Assembly (NCBI GenBank): GCA_973895155.1
Contig: OZ316898.1
Location: 20,471,292-20,535,291 of the forward strand
DNA length: 64,000 bases
Source: Marsupella aquatica
Lineage: Eukaryota; Plantae; Marchantiophyta
Direction of reading: 5' to 3'
Part shown: positions 25,619 through 38,500 of the stretch, piece by piece
Layout: the number at the start of each line of letters is the position of its first letter
Numbering within the stretch: position 1 is the stretch's first letter
Made by a program: the position numbers and the translations under genes
The notes under the pieces: model-generated
The model's input: the letters and a program-made list of their open reading frames with translations, nothing else
Databases searched by the model: none
Told to the model about the DNA's origin: nothing

Positions 25619-27199
25619 TTTGCGGGAACGGAAATGAATCTACTCATCCTTAGTAGGAAATTAATCCATATAGCATCCCTCCATGCCATGTCCCCGTCAT
25701 ACAATACAAACGATTCTTAGTGGAAAGCAAGCGATATTTGTTTTGTTAATCGTTTGATAAGCACGTCACATATATTTCCGTGAATACCTACATACAGTGG
25801 AGATATGTTTCTCAAAAATCAAGGAGAGAATTGGACCATATATATGATCAAGTGCTACCCTTTAACGTCTAGACTGTGTCCGTCTTTGCAATAAATGGCA
25901 CCAATCACCATTCTCTGGGTTGGTCGAGCAGTTTCTTAAATGCCTCCCTCATGAACTCCTCTATTTACATTACATTGGCCGCACAAGACTCAAATTTGTA
26001 TGGCGGCAAAGTCTAGACGAACGCAAACTACAATTCCAGTAGTTGCAGCACATGCTGTAGTCTCTATCATAGAACCGCCTAGGCACCCTCAAGAACAGTT
26101 TGGTCCTTCTGCAATTATCTAATGGTCCTCAATAAATTTTCCATCAGCAATTATAGTGAAGCCTGTTGAACTACATCAACGAATCATAGAGCAAGCAGAG
26201 GTTGAAACATTGTGCTTGTTCTCCCGTCCATTGTTCCGGCATGCAACTTAGCAATCTACCATGCCTTCCTCATTGTAAATTGTTCGGTAGATATGAAGCC
26301 AGACTTGCCATGTTCTTTCTTTCTTGACACAATTTTCCAAGCAGGATAGAGCCCGAATTGTATTTCTTTGACGGTGAGGCTGGGTATGAGGCTGGGTATG
26401 AGGCTGGGTTCTTGAATGACTAGAATTTTGAATCTCAATGATGATAACCCCCCCCCCCCCGGCCCACTCCTTTCCCTGTGTCTGGATCAAAAGTAAGAGT
26501 TGTGCAACTTTTCTCTGAATGAAACAAGGGTAACGCTAAATTCTTTGGTAAATTCTTGCATGAAGAGTCTGGTGGGAAGAACAGATTATATGTAAACCCG
26601 ATGGCCAACCAGCAATAATCGAGAAATTATACTATAACGACTTGAACATACTCATGTGGAATACGTCATCCAGAAGGAATCCTAGCTCCAGGCATCTGGC
26701 CAGGAGATTTAGATTTGGAAGAGTGAATTGGCATAGTTAGACTGAGAAGTATCACACTTAGTTAGTCGATATCTCAAAGACAGAGGTAGTTGAGAGGGAA
26801 CAAATCTCTTTCGGCTGGAATTCATTGATCCTTTCTAGCCAATGAAGAAGCTACTAGCCAGTAAATTGCGTGCTTGATTAATTTCATGCTTCAGTCGGAG
26901 ATAAGGAAGTTTCGATTTGAATTTGACTAGTAGCCATTGATCTTAGTTGATCTAAGTTTGCTAAAATTTGATCTTAGTTTGCTGAAATCAAGCTTGAGGA
27001 TGGGTGCGCCCTTGGTGGGTACAATTTTTGAAAGCTTCTGTCCATTGCTGGGAAGAAGCTTTAGGATATGTGGATGCACTCTTGTTTATTATAATATTGG
27101 AATAGATAAATTTTGGGACTATTCCAATACTGAGATATATTTGAGCTTGTGAGATCCTCTAGAGACTCTCCACTCAGCAATGCAAGCAGTCATCTATAG

Positions 27200-28170
27200 C
27201 AAGATGGATTTCAACAAGTTAGATTAAACACAACTAAAATGGACCTAAGACGACCAAGATATGGAGAGTTGTGTTTTGCTAAGATACAAGTGAGTTTATG
27301 TGGGATGGATGTCCGTATGGTAGCCAAGCAGGGGGATTCTGGCCACCATAGCAGTGACGTAGTTGTTCAAGCAAGAGAATGTTGTTGGGGAGGAGATTGG
27401 GTGCGCGCCTAGGCTCCCGTGCGGCGCCCAGTGCCTAGTTGAAGTTGTAGGGATGGACACAATGGCTTGGTAGCGGCCAACAGTAAGGCCAATTGTTGGA
27501 TTGGCCGTTTTGACAACTAATGGGTCAAGACCAAGACTAAAGAAAGTGGCAACCAGTCAGTTGTGTGGAAGTAGACATTTTGCATAGGTAGCAAGTACAT
27601 AATGATTGGACCCAAGAAGGCCCTAGTTTGTTACAGGCACTCTTAGGATAAAATAGTATTGTAAAGATATGTGTGCGTCACATGGTTTAGGTTAGTTAAG
27701 ATATTAGGATTAGCTGTGCTGCCAGGGAAGTGGTAGACGATGTGCTCGGGATTTTTCAGTACTTAACAGCAGCCCCTCATAGATGCAAAAGGGGAACTCA
27801 TTCTAGAAAGTTGGAGAGTTAGAATCACACAATAGTGGAGTTCATCCAAAGTAGTGAAATGAGAGAAAGTAGCATCCTGTCCCAAGGAGGCAAACGGTAG
27901 ACAAACACCAGATGTTAAATTATCTTAGTTTGCAATTTGCTTAATATTTCTGTCATTGAAAGATATGGATTTAAATGAGTGCATTACCTAGGTACTGATA
28001 CTACAACTTTAGCAAAATGAGTGCATTGCTAGTCGACTATCCTAGTGAGAAGGGAGAGGGTGACTGTGGTCAACCAGATACCACAAGAAGAAATTTACAT
28101 AGTGGGTACTTAATAGGACTTGGTCAAAAACTATGAGGTGCAATAGTCAATAGGACTTAATAAAAACAAT
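27200..28170 (+). mobile_element. Diverged relative of the 24108-25618 LTR-like repeat
   Basis: Shared ordered blocks: TTTAGGTTAG, GGGGAACTCA.TCTAG, TGTCCC..GAGGCA..GGTAGAC, TAGTCGAC..GTGAG..GGAGAG.GTGAC and a doubled GACTT...AAAA end motif. Confidence 0.5.
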
Positions 28171-29524
28171 TCACCACCTAAGTCATACCCCTGCTCTATC
28201 GTACGAGCAACAAACAACTTCTGAATTGATATGGTTGTTATGATGTTGCCCATTGACATCAGACTTATTGGTGCGGGTGTATATAGAGCTTTTTAGGTGT
28301 CCGTGTCAAAAATTGTTGGGAAGTATGTTATGATATGGGAGCCATTGCTTGTGTTCATATTTCTTTTGAGTAGAAGAGTGTTTCCTTGCGGATCACTTGG
28401 AATTCCTTGTGTTCATATTTCTTTTGAGGAGAAGAGTGTTAGTCTAAGGGAGTATTCCCTCTCTAAACAATTTTGCAATCTAATTTTAAGAGATAAAGAC
28501 CTTGACTTCATATCACATCATATTCCTCAAAATTTGTGAGAAATTTTATTTTTTGTCTTAATTTTTCAGCAGGCAGTATGTATGCATTGTAGCGATTGAT
28601 AAATGCACTTACCTATTTGTTATGCAGTGCCAGTAGTTGTGTGTAGTGACGATTGAGATGCATTATAAAAGCTGCATTTTCTGGTGCATCTACAGAGAAA
28701 ATACCTCTCATAGGAGGGGACTACAAAGGCTGGCCTGCTGCACGTAGCTATGCTCGCCAAGGAATGCAGTTATACATGATGCACTTAGACACGGTGAGAA
28801 CTACACAGTAAGCGCTGGAGACTCTTTAGGGTTTACTAGACGGGAAAAAAACAGCACGAGGAGACCTCTCAGGTCCAGAGGCTCGTCCCCTGGCGAACTG
28901 AACGAGAGTCCACTGCTTCTCTCGTTGTATGTTGGTGGAGGAGCGTCACCTCTCAATGTGAGCTTTCTCCTTCTCGCACCCAGTCTTTGGGAGCGTTCGT
29001 TTGATTCGTCTATATGTTTGGTAATTACAATAGTAGGTTGAAGCGTTTTGTTGAAGCTCCAAGCAGCCATCTGAGCTCTATTAATTAACACTCTGTCTCG
29101 GTCGCAATAGTTCGAAGCATTTTCTCAAGCTTTCCACAACGAAATGTTAGCTCGATCTACTCACACTCTGTCTCGGTTTCGTTCTGCATTACATTAGGTT
29201 TGAGCATTTTGTCGAAACTCAGCACAGAAATCTTAGCTTTTTAAACACTCTGTCGGTGCACGGGTTTTTCGAGAATTCAGCGATCTGTGAATCTGATGTA
29301 CTAAAATTTTCTGCCCTGATGGCTCCTGCAGCTCAACTGAATGTCTCTGCCTGCAATCGGGACTCCCGGTTATCATGGTCTAACAAGCAACTGACGAAAA
29401 TTAAGAATCTCACCCGGTTTCTTGTGCCGGACGGAGAACAATTATCTTAGGGAGAGCCCTCTCTTTGCTCGGAAATTCTGATGGCGTCCTGCTAACGAGC
29501 CAGCTGTCCGAAGAATCAATCCCC

Positions 29525-32500
29525 ATGGCAAACGCGGTGGGAGTGCTGGAGGCTGCAGCCCAGAATGTGTCCACTTCCTCCACGAAAGAGCGGGTGGCCA
29601 TCTTCGAAGCCAGCATTCCCTCCACGCTCAATGCACCAGGTTCGAATTTATATATTCTGGCTTAGGCTTGCGGATTTGCGACATGTTGAAGTAGTTTGCA
29701 GCCTATGATGACAAATTCCGGAAATTCCGGAGCGGGGTCTGGTCCGTCTGGATGCACCGGGGTTTGGGACTTCAGCATTTATTTGTGGAATTGATCTGGA
29801 ATTAGGGCATGACTTAGGATGAATGTAGTAGGGGGCACTAATTTAGATGACCCTAGTACAAGGTCTTCTTCAGAGATGAGACCTAAACCTTCGGCTAAAA
29901 CCCTCGATGGACGAGATCAATATATGTGTCCAATCAGCTTCATTTGAGCCACCCCTTTATGTTGGTTCATGAATCTGGACTGTTGACAGTGATATGTAAC
30001 AAATGCTGATTGAAATTGAAGCTGGGAAGCAATATTGATCCACGCGTCTATGTCGTTTCAAATGGCATCTTGTAAGAAGTTCATGGATCTTCAAATCTAA
30101 TCCATCTTTTTCTCTAGTTATTTGTAGACACACGTCAACGTTTCCTGATTCTGTTAGCATGAAACAGCTAACGGTTTTCGGTATGTGATCTGACGTCTGA
30201 ATTTACTGCGACATTACAGGAGTCAATGTTACTGAGCTGGTGCCAGAACTTGTCAACTTAATATTTCAAACCGTCCCATTGTATCAAGATCGGGCATCTC
30301 AGATTGCTGTTGAGCACTCCATCTCTAGGTGTCTGCAAGAAGCAGCTTTCCTGAAAGCATTTACAGGAACACTTGTGCAGACAGCAGAGAGGACATGCAA
30401 ATTATGTTCAGATTCCGTGCGCTACAAGCTCTTCAGATGGTCATGTCTTCTCATCAGAAAAAATCCGGCTCTACTCTCTGCCAGAACTGCATTCACGAGA
30501 CTGGTAGCTGTGCAGGCTTCCCTTCTCACTTTCCTTCAAGAAGGTTCATATCCTGTAAAACGTGCGACCAATCAAGTGGCGTTGCACCTATTTTCAGAGG
30601 TATCTTCAGCAGATCTCCCTTAGCCATTACGCCTCGTTTTCGAATAAGAACTGTCCAATCATCCACTCATTTAGCACACTCGTAATCATGTTAGTCAGGG
30701 TTCTGTTTCGTGTCGTTCAGCTAGCACTCTCATTCCAAATGTAAAGTAATTATTACTTGTTGCAGGTGGTCGATCTTTTTGAGCATTATGTAAAGGAATT
30801 CCAGGGACCGTCTCTTAACTCCGAGAACAGCGCTGGACTGATAAATATTATGCTCCAATTTTGGACCCGTAATTCTACTTTTGTTGAAAAACAGAAGGTT
30901 TGTACACAGCTATGATTTTTTTTGTGGTCATGGTTTCCGTCACAGCATTATGTAGATGATGAGTTGTCTAAGTCATGTAATCAACCTTTTTGTGCTTCCA
31001 GCATGTAGGATGTGCATACCTTCATCCGTCAGTCTGCTTCCAGTTCCATTGAGTTTCTGTAGTGAGGGAAAGGAGGTTTCTCACTCATCTGTCTGTTTTG
31101 TTGAGATACGAACTCTACATTGCACTATGATGTCGTCCACAATGTAAACGTCTTATGTGCTTTGAAAATACCGCTCCTGTAAAGTTTTCGTTGACTCAGC
31201 TGCATTAGAGTATTACATGTAGTAGATGGTGTGAAGCTTAGTTATCCATGATATCCATTCGGGTTGCTCTATTTTAATGTATATTTCGACGTAATGCAGG
31301 CTTTCTTCCTGGATCTATACGTGAAAATGGTATTTAACTCGAAAGGGAAGCCTCAAAAGGCACTAAACGAGGCTTTCGTACCCCTTTTCAAACAATTGAC
31401 TCATGATGATTTTGGAATAGTTATTGTTCCCAACGCGGTGAAGATGTTGAGGCGGAATCCTGAACTTGTTATGGAGTCTGTGAGCGTGTTGTTAAGATCA
31501 TGTAGCTTGGATTTGAGCAAGTACGCCGGTGAATTCTTGCCAGTAGTTTTGCCACAGGCGCGTCACAGTGATGAAGTCAGACGGAAGGAAGCCTTTGAAG
31601 CTCTGAAAAACATAGCCGTGCAATCTAGTGATCTCGACACTATTGACGTTACGTTTAAATCCATCAAGTCGGTGCTCGCAGGTTTTCCCTCACCCTAACT
31701 CTCGTGACCCACTCTTCTGACAGATGGAATTCAATTTATTGATATTGTTACAATTTTCTGTGCGAGTAGTTTCATTTGAAGTTCAGTCTGTCAAGGAGAC
31801 AAATGTTTGACGCGTCTATAGAGTCTTAGCCTCCTGACTGGTCCAGTTAATACAATGAAATGTATCTCACTGAATAGATCATTGTCTGCCTCCTTCACAC
31901 TCTCGGAGCCCTTTCCGAAGGTAGCTAATTATCGGGCTCTAATGTAATTGGGTTATGGCTTTAGAAACTATTAGCTCCGAAGCAGCATTGTTGACATGGA
32001 CCCTTATGTCACTAGGCAGTTCTCTCAGTTGTCGACTGCAAACCGAAGGATTTGTTTAGGTCTTTATGACGGGGCATTGCTTTCCCAATTGGAGGTCTTA
32101 TGGACTGCGTCGCTGTTATCTTACCAGCCGCGTGTGGATGACAGCTTTGAACACTTACCAAAGAACTTAGACGCAATATTATCTTCGTTGACTAGGATGC
32201 CTTTTCGTTTGCTTGACAAACTGCGTGATTACCTTGTTTCAACTTGCATTCTTGTTGTTTTGGTGTCTGATGCCAGGGTCTGAAGGAAAGCTCGCATTTC
32301 CATATCAAAGAGTGGGCATGATCAATGCTATACTAGCACTTTCTTTTTCCACAGGCGGGAAAGGAACAACTACATTGGCCTGTTCCATCAGTGCTTACCT
32401 CATATCTTACTACAAGGATGATGGTATGTATTACTGAGAGTGGATCGAGACTCTGTTGGAATCTTCAAGTATTTCTGAATCCGCTTTCCTTGATCTGTGG

Positions 32501-35500
32501 TCCGTACTGTGACATGAAGTCATCTATGCAATGCCAGCAACTGTATAAAAGCACCCGGCTTATTGCATTGATTCTTCAAACTCTTTTCTTAGGACGATCA
32601 CTTGAGAGGGAGAGGGAGAGCAAACTTGTATACGGCGTCCAGACTATTTTTGCATTGCCTAATCTGTCTCTTACTTGCTCTATTTTCTGAGTTCTTGCAC
32701 TTTTGCCGTTTGCGCTTTGTGTCCCTTATCCTTATAAGGGATCCGTGGTTTTAGAAAGCAATTCATGAAACTTGTTTTGCTTGGGTCATTGATTCCTTTG
32801 AATTATTTGCAGGGAATGAAGAGGTTCGGCTTGCAGTTCTAGCTGCCCTCAGTGCTTGGATAACCAAAGCTGGAGAAAATCTTCCTCCCGAAACCTTAGT
32901 GTTCTTTCCCGCTGGTCTAAAGGAGAAAGAAAATCTTAGACGAGCACATCTTCGTTGCCTAAGGCTGTCCTTCCGAAATGGGGCAGTTCCCATACAGGTA
33001 GCCATTACTCTTGGTCCACCTTAAGGAGAAATGTATTATTTTCTTCAGTGGATGGGGTGCTTGTTTTTAACCCTGTTATACCAGCGCTACTTCACACTTT
33101 ACTAGCTGATGAACAACTGTGTCGAGCAGATGCAACCGTTAGTGGAGCCCCTTCTACAGCTCGTTAAGACCAGTGTTTCAAAACCGGCTCAGCGAGTTGA
33201 TGGAATTTACTCCTTGTTGCTGCTTGCTATCCTTACAGCTGTTGATGTGAAAGCTGGTAAGTGGTAGTCAAAGCACCTCTTGATGGCCTTAGTTTTCAAC
33301 TCGTAGTCAATTGTCGTTGTAGAAACTTATAATCACGTGTTTGATGTGGATGCTGCGGGAGCAAAGTAACTACAGTAGTTTTCTTTAATTGTTTGACTTT
33401 GTCAAGGTCTTAAACCTGAAGTGAAAGGATGGTCTATTACAAGGGTTATAAACGAATATTAGTTTTAGAATATAGACTTATCTGTTCGCCGTCATCCATG
33501 TGGAATGTCTTGAAACAGCCTGTTTAATGAAGGTCTCATCCTTACGTGACATCTTTTTTTGTTTTTGGTGCAGATGACCAACTCACCAAAGACAAGATTT
33601 GGCCTTTAGTCCTACAAAAGGACTCCGTTCTGCTTTCGCCTTCCCTGGTTTGACTCGTGACCCTTCTAGGCACAGTCCGTAAGTCAGGCGCAAGTTGTGT
33701 GGTGGCCCGAATGCTTTGTGTTCATTTTTCGTCACAATAGGGACACAGTGTACGCAAGTTATGATTGCTGGACGCAACGCGTAGAACGGTTTTCTTCAAA
33801 TACTGACGATTATGGTGATGACTTTGTGCAGGTTTCCAAACTCTCTATAGAAGACTGTGTTGCGCTGACCGAGTTGGTAGAAACAGTAGTTTTGCAGCAT
33901 TCCTCCAGGTTTTGCTTATTGACTTTCTTACTAAAAAGTGGTTTGTTTACGTCTTGTTCTGGTCTGAACTTGTTTAAGAGTGAATCAAAGTAAGCAATCC
34001 GAAAAGGAAGAAAACATGAAGTGAATTTTTAAAATGAATTCAGGGGGGTCATGAAGTTAGTTAAGTATCTCAGAGAAAAATGCCTCACTTATAATTTTGC
34101 TGACCTGCAGAATGACAAACAACCCAGAAGGTTCTGCAGAACTTTTCCAGGTGAATTGCTTATCAGCACTGCTGCTAGTAGGTGTTTGGCATTCATCAGC
34201 TGGGTTGTTTGTTTCCTTGCTGGATTTTTAGATTGGTGATATCTACAGCGATGTATCTAACTTCCGCACTGCTGGCTGTCTACTGGTAGATTATTGTGTA
34301 TTTACTTTGGCATCCATCTTGGGAAGTACGAAAGGCAGCTTCCGCCGTTGTGTCACGGTTCCATGCAGCAAGTGGTTCATGGTCAGAGGCGCTCTTCAAT
34401 TCATTTTGTGCTTGGCTTCCATCCATCGATGATCGACTTGAGGCTCAGAAAGCAAGGTATGTTACAAATAGTGGTATAATAGTCTGTACCAATTTGCAAT
34501 ATGAACTCAATTACATGATCCGGGTGTGGGCGAAAGAAGCTGCCTGTTAATTACGCCGGAGCTGTGTTGGAAAGGCGAAAGCTTTAGCCTGCTGATGTGC
34601 GTTTCTCAATGTTACTAGCATTTCTCCCGTCTTGAATTGGTATTGTCCCAGACAGAAAAGACAATTGCATCTCATGACTAGACACATCCTAAGTGTATGA
34701 CTGTTTAGAAGCATAGTCCGTTATAACACGGGAGTTTTTCTGGAATCGTTACCCGCAAATGTGCAGTTTTCCCTGCTGGTCTTTATCCTTCGGTAGGGTG
34801 TAATATAAGGTGAAGTTTCTCGAAGTTGAAGAGTGTTCTGCTCACCGTAAGAAAGCTTTTTGGGGGATTTTTTCCCCTAATCCAAGAAAGGGACGAATGA
34901 ATTTAAAGTCTATGGATTCAGAGTATGGGGCGAGGCCCTGAATGTAGAAATTGCAGATTAGGTGAGTGGAATATGGATACTAGGAAAGCTGAAAAGCAAA
35001 AAGTGAAAAAGAAGATAGAATCTTATTATGGAATATACCTAGCTCAGATTCTGCTCGCTATTTCACTGGATGACTGGATGAGTTTTTCTTTAGAAGGAAT
35101 AGTCGACAAAGTTACTCAAAAAGGGATTGCCTTCATCACAGTCATAGATTCTTAGTGGCTCACTTTTGCATTATTAACCCCAAATTTAAATTTGGGCCCG
35201 TGGACCGTATTAATTTATATCTGTTAAAATTGTACGCAGTGAAACCACAGAGGCTGTGGTTGACACTACTGCCCAGAGGATACCCGGAGGAGAACTTCTG
35301 AGCAAGGCACTCCTTTCAGTGTCTTCAGCAAGTCTTGCTGCTTCATCAGAATTTTCTTCTCAAATGCTGCTTATCTCACACAATCCATGCATTGTTAGAG
35401 GTTCCCGGAAATGCATTGCATGGAAGGTGATTTGGCTTCTGGACTTTTGTGCTCACAGATGTCTGAACGAGTTGACTTATGATATGTTGTATTTCGTGCA

Positions 35501-38500
35501 GAGTTATTCAAAACTTGCTTAATATGAAGTTCCCTCTTTGTTGGTCAAGTTCTTACCCCGCCAGATATGAATTTCGTTAACCGAATTCTATATTTTTCAC
35601 TGTTTTCAAGGCTTGTGCCATGAAACCAATGGCAAAAATCTCCTATCCTTTGCATGTAAGATAAAACAAATTGTCCTATAGATGAGAGAGTGCATGTGCA
35701 AAGGCAATCATTACACTTGGGAGGCACAAGATCTACTTTTTGCTGAAAATTGTGCGAATGCTTAAGGCCGAATGCTTTCGATCTGCATACATGCGAGTTG
35801 GGCTTGTTTTGGATGTTAGCCTCGCAGATGGGAGATGAATTTCGAGATGTATCTTCCTAATAAGAAAGTTTCTTTTTTTTGCAGTCGCTACTCAGAAAGT
35901 TTCTAAAAACGAAGACGAACATTATTAACACTCTTGCATCTGATCCAGCTGTCGTATGCGAGGTATGGGGTGCTGACTTGATCACACGTTCACTAGATGA
36001 TTTGTTTTAAGTCCACATATCAATTCACTATCCATGAACTAAATCCTTTCGGGGATTCGCTACAGGGATTGTTGAATGGCCAGTGTAAATAGTTGAGAAG
36101 TGTTTGCTGGGCAAAATTTTCTGTTGTGTCTACATATCATTTTTAAAGTAGGAGTGATTGTCAAGATCTGTCCAAGTTAGTCCTCTTGAATACCTCAAGA
36201 ATATCTGGGTTAAGTGAGAAAATGCCGGCGATGTTGTCTCGCTTTCCACTACGTTTTGTTTGCATTTTAATGTTAGAGAGAAGGGTAAAAGCCTTTCCTT
36301 TACCAGGGAAAAAGGCAATCCCCAAGTTTACTAGCGAAGTCCTGTTGATTGAAGTCAAAGCTACCATTGAGGGTCTGTGGTGCTCTCAGTGGGTGAGGTT
36401 GGAGTCTTGAGTTTTGGTGGCCATTATTTCCTGGTTGCACACGAGCTATCGTGCAGCCTGCCAGCAACCCACCTACATTATGTTGGGCCTTATACAAGTG
36501 ACGATCCTTAGCAGGTAGTAAGTTCAGGATACTTTGTGGGTCCTAAATTCAATTGCTTGGCCTTTCGAGCACTGCTTTGCAAGGAATCAACCGGCATTGT
36601 GAGTTAATTGATGATTTATCGACTGGACTGGCTTTGTGAGCAGGTGTTGATGGGACCCAGTGGTTTGATGAATAAGCGAAAGTCTTTTTCAGAAGCTGCT
36701 CTGTTCGCGTTTGCTACTGCAATGCAAACATTTCCCAAAGAATTCTTCCCGCAATTCCTTCTTGTAAGTGGGACACTTCTTATTGGGACGGAGATTAACG
36801 CTTACGATTGTTGTTTCAATCAGTATCACCGACACATGGGCCTGTTCTATTTGATTGATGTGGTTGAAAATTTTCATCTGTGGTTGAACAGAAACATAAG
36901 AGATTTGTATGAAATTATTGGGAGGCCGCATCAATATGTCTTGCACTCCAGTGTGTCAGTCGTTCTGCGTGGACGGACTTTTCAGTGATGGACTCGAAAT
37001 GCAGTATTCTAATGAAGTTATTACAGCCTACGGCTGTTGCTCTGCATGTGCAACTTATGCTATTTGTTTCCTGACTTCCACCAGGAAACCGAAAGGGTTG
37101 GCGATAAATCCTCTCACGATGCATTAACAGAGAAAGATATTAAGGTGATCTTTTCTTGCAATGGACTTCTGATCAAGAAAGAAATGTCCTAAATCTCGTT
37201 GTTAAGGTGTCCGGTTCTGTGGGTTCGAAGACTCTCCCGCCATTTTCGGGAGCTACTTTCGTCCACTCTTTATGACATGGCCATAAAACGGAATTATCTT
37301 TTACAAAATGCGCAGTCATTGCCATGTGATGTTCCCATCTCGTTTGTATTTGGCATGTACTTTAAACGTGTGCAAAGATTTTTTCTACAGCACAGCAACT
37401 TACGTTCTAATATAGAAATGCGAGATGATAAGTTAGGTCACCTTCGGAGTCTTCAGCAGGGGAGCACTTTGGTACTTTGCAGTGGAGCTTTGTAGTGCTG
37501 TATGTGTTGGACACGAATTGACGATCGGATATTTGAAAATTTATCAGATCTTCAATACTCCAGAGGGAGTGTTGTCAATAGAACAAGGTGTTTATGTGGC
37601 TGAAACGGTGGTTGATAAGAATCTTCGTCGTGATCGTGGAAGGTTCAAAATGTATGGAGACTTGGGGGATGAAGTGAGTTTACTGGTTTACAGAATTCTA
37701 GACCCAATTTTGATGTGTGGGTCATGCTGATTTGCTTTGCATTATATTTTCTCGATACAGGTCACCTATCGACGATCCTTCGGTTAATACTCGTGTAGTG
37801 TGCTAGATTTGTCAATCTGTATTGACAGAAGTTATCATATGCCCTAAAAGCATTTACTCTTGATATGCAGGAGGAAACCTTTGTGAAGGAGCCTTTGAAA
37901 CCATTAATCCCTGCTAGGCAGATCAGCGGCAAAAAGGATGCTCCCGCTGGAAGAAAAGACTCGGTCAAAGCAGTGAAAAAACCTGGTATTTAGTGTGCAC
38001 CCTCTTGAGCTTGCTTGGTTATCTACTGTATGATACGGAGGTGAAGTGGATAATCTTGGGCCTGAACGGTTCATGGATGCACATGTGCATAGGTCACATT
38101 GTCTAAATGTGCGAAGTCTGTTTGCTTTTCTTGACGCAGGTGAAGGTGACAAAGCAAAGAATGCCAAGGATGAAGCTCGAGAACTGCAGTTGAAAGAAGA
38201 AGCGGCAGTGAGGATGAATGTCAGAATTATTCAAGAAAACATTTCTCTAGTTCTCAGAGCTCTTGGAGCAGCAGCAGCTGCTAACCCTTCCTACAGTCAT
38301 GAACAGTTGCCACTACTGGTCAGTTTTACTCCAGTGTGAAGTTTAGCTAAGCTTGAATTTATTGGTTTTCTTCACCGTTGGCCTGTGACCGGCTGTTCCT
38401 TAAATTATTTGTGACAAGGCTCTGTGCTTCATGCTGCTCATAGTGCTGTCGGTTTCAAAATACTTTCTGTGATGTACTTGCTTTGGCATTTTGATTAGTT

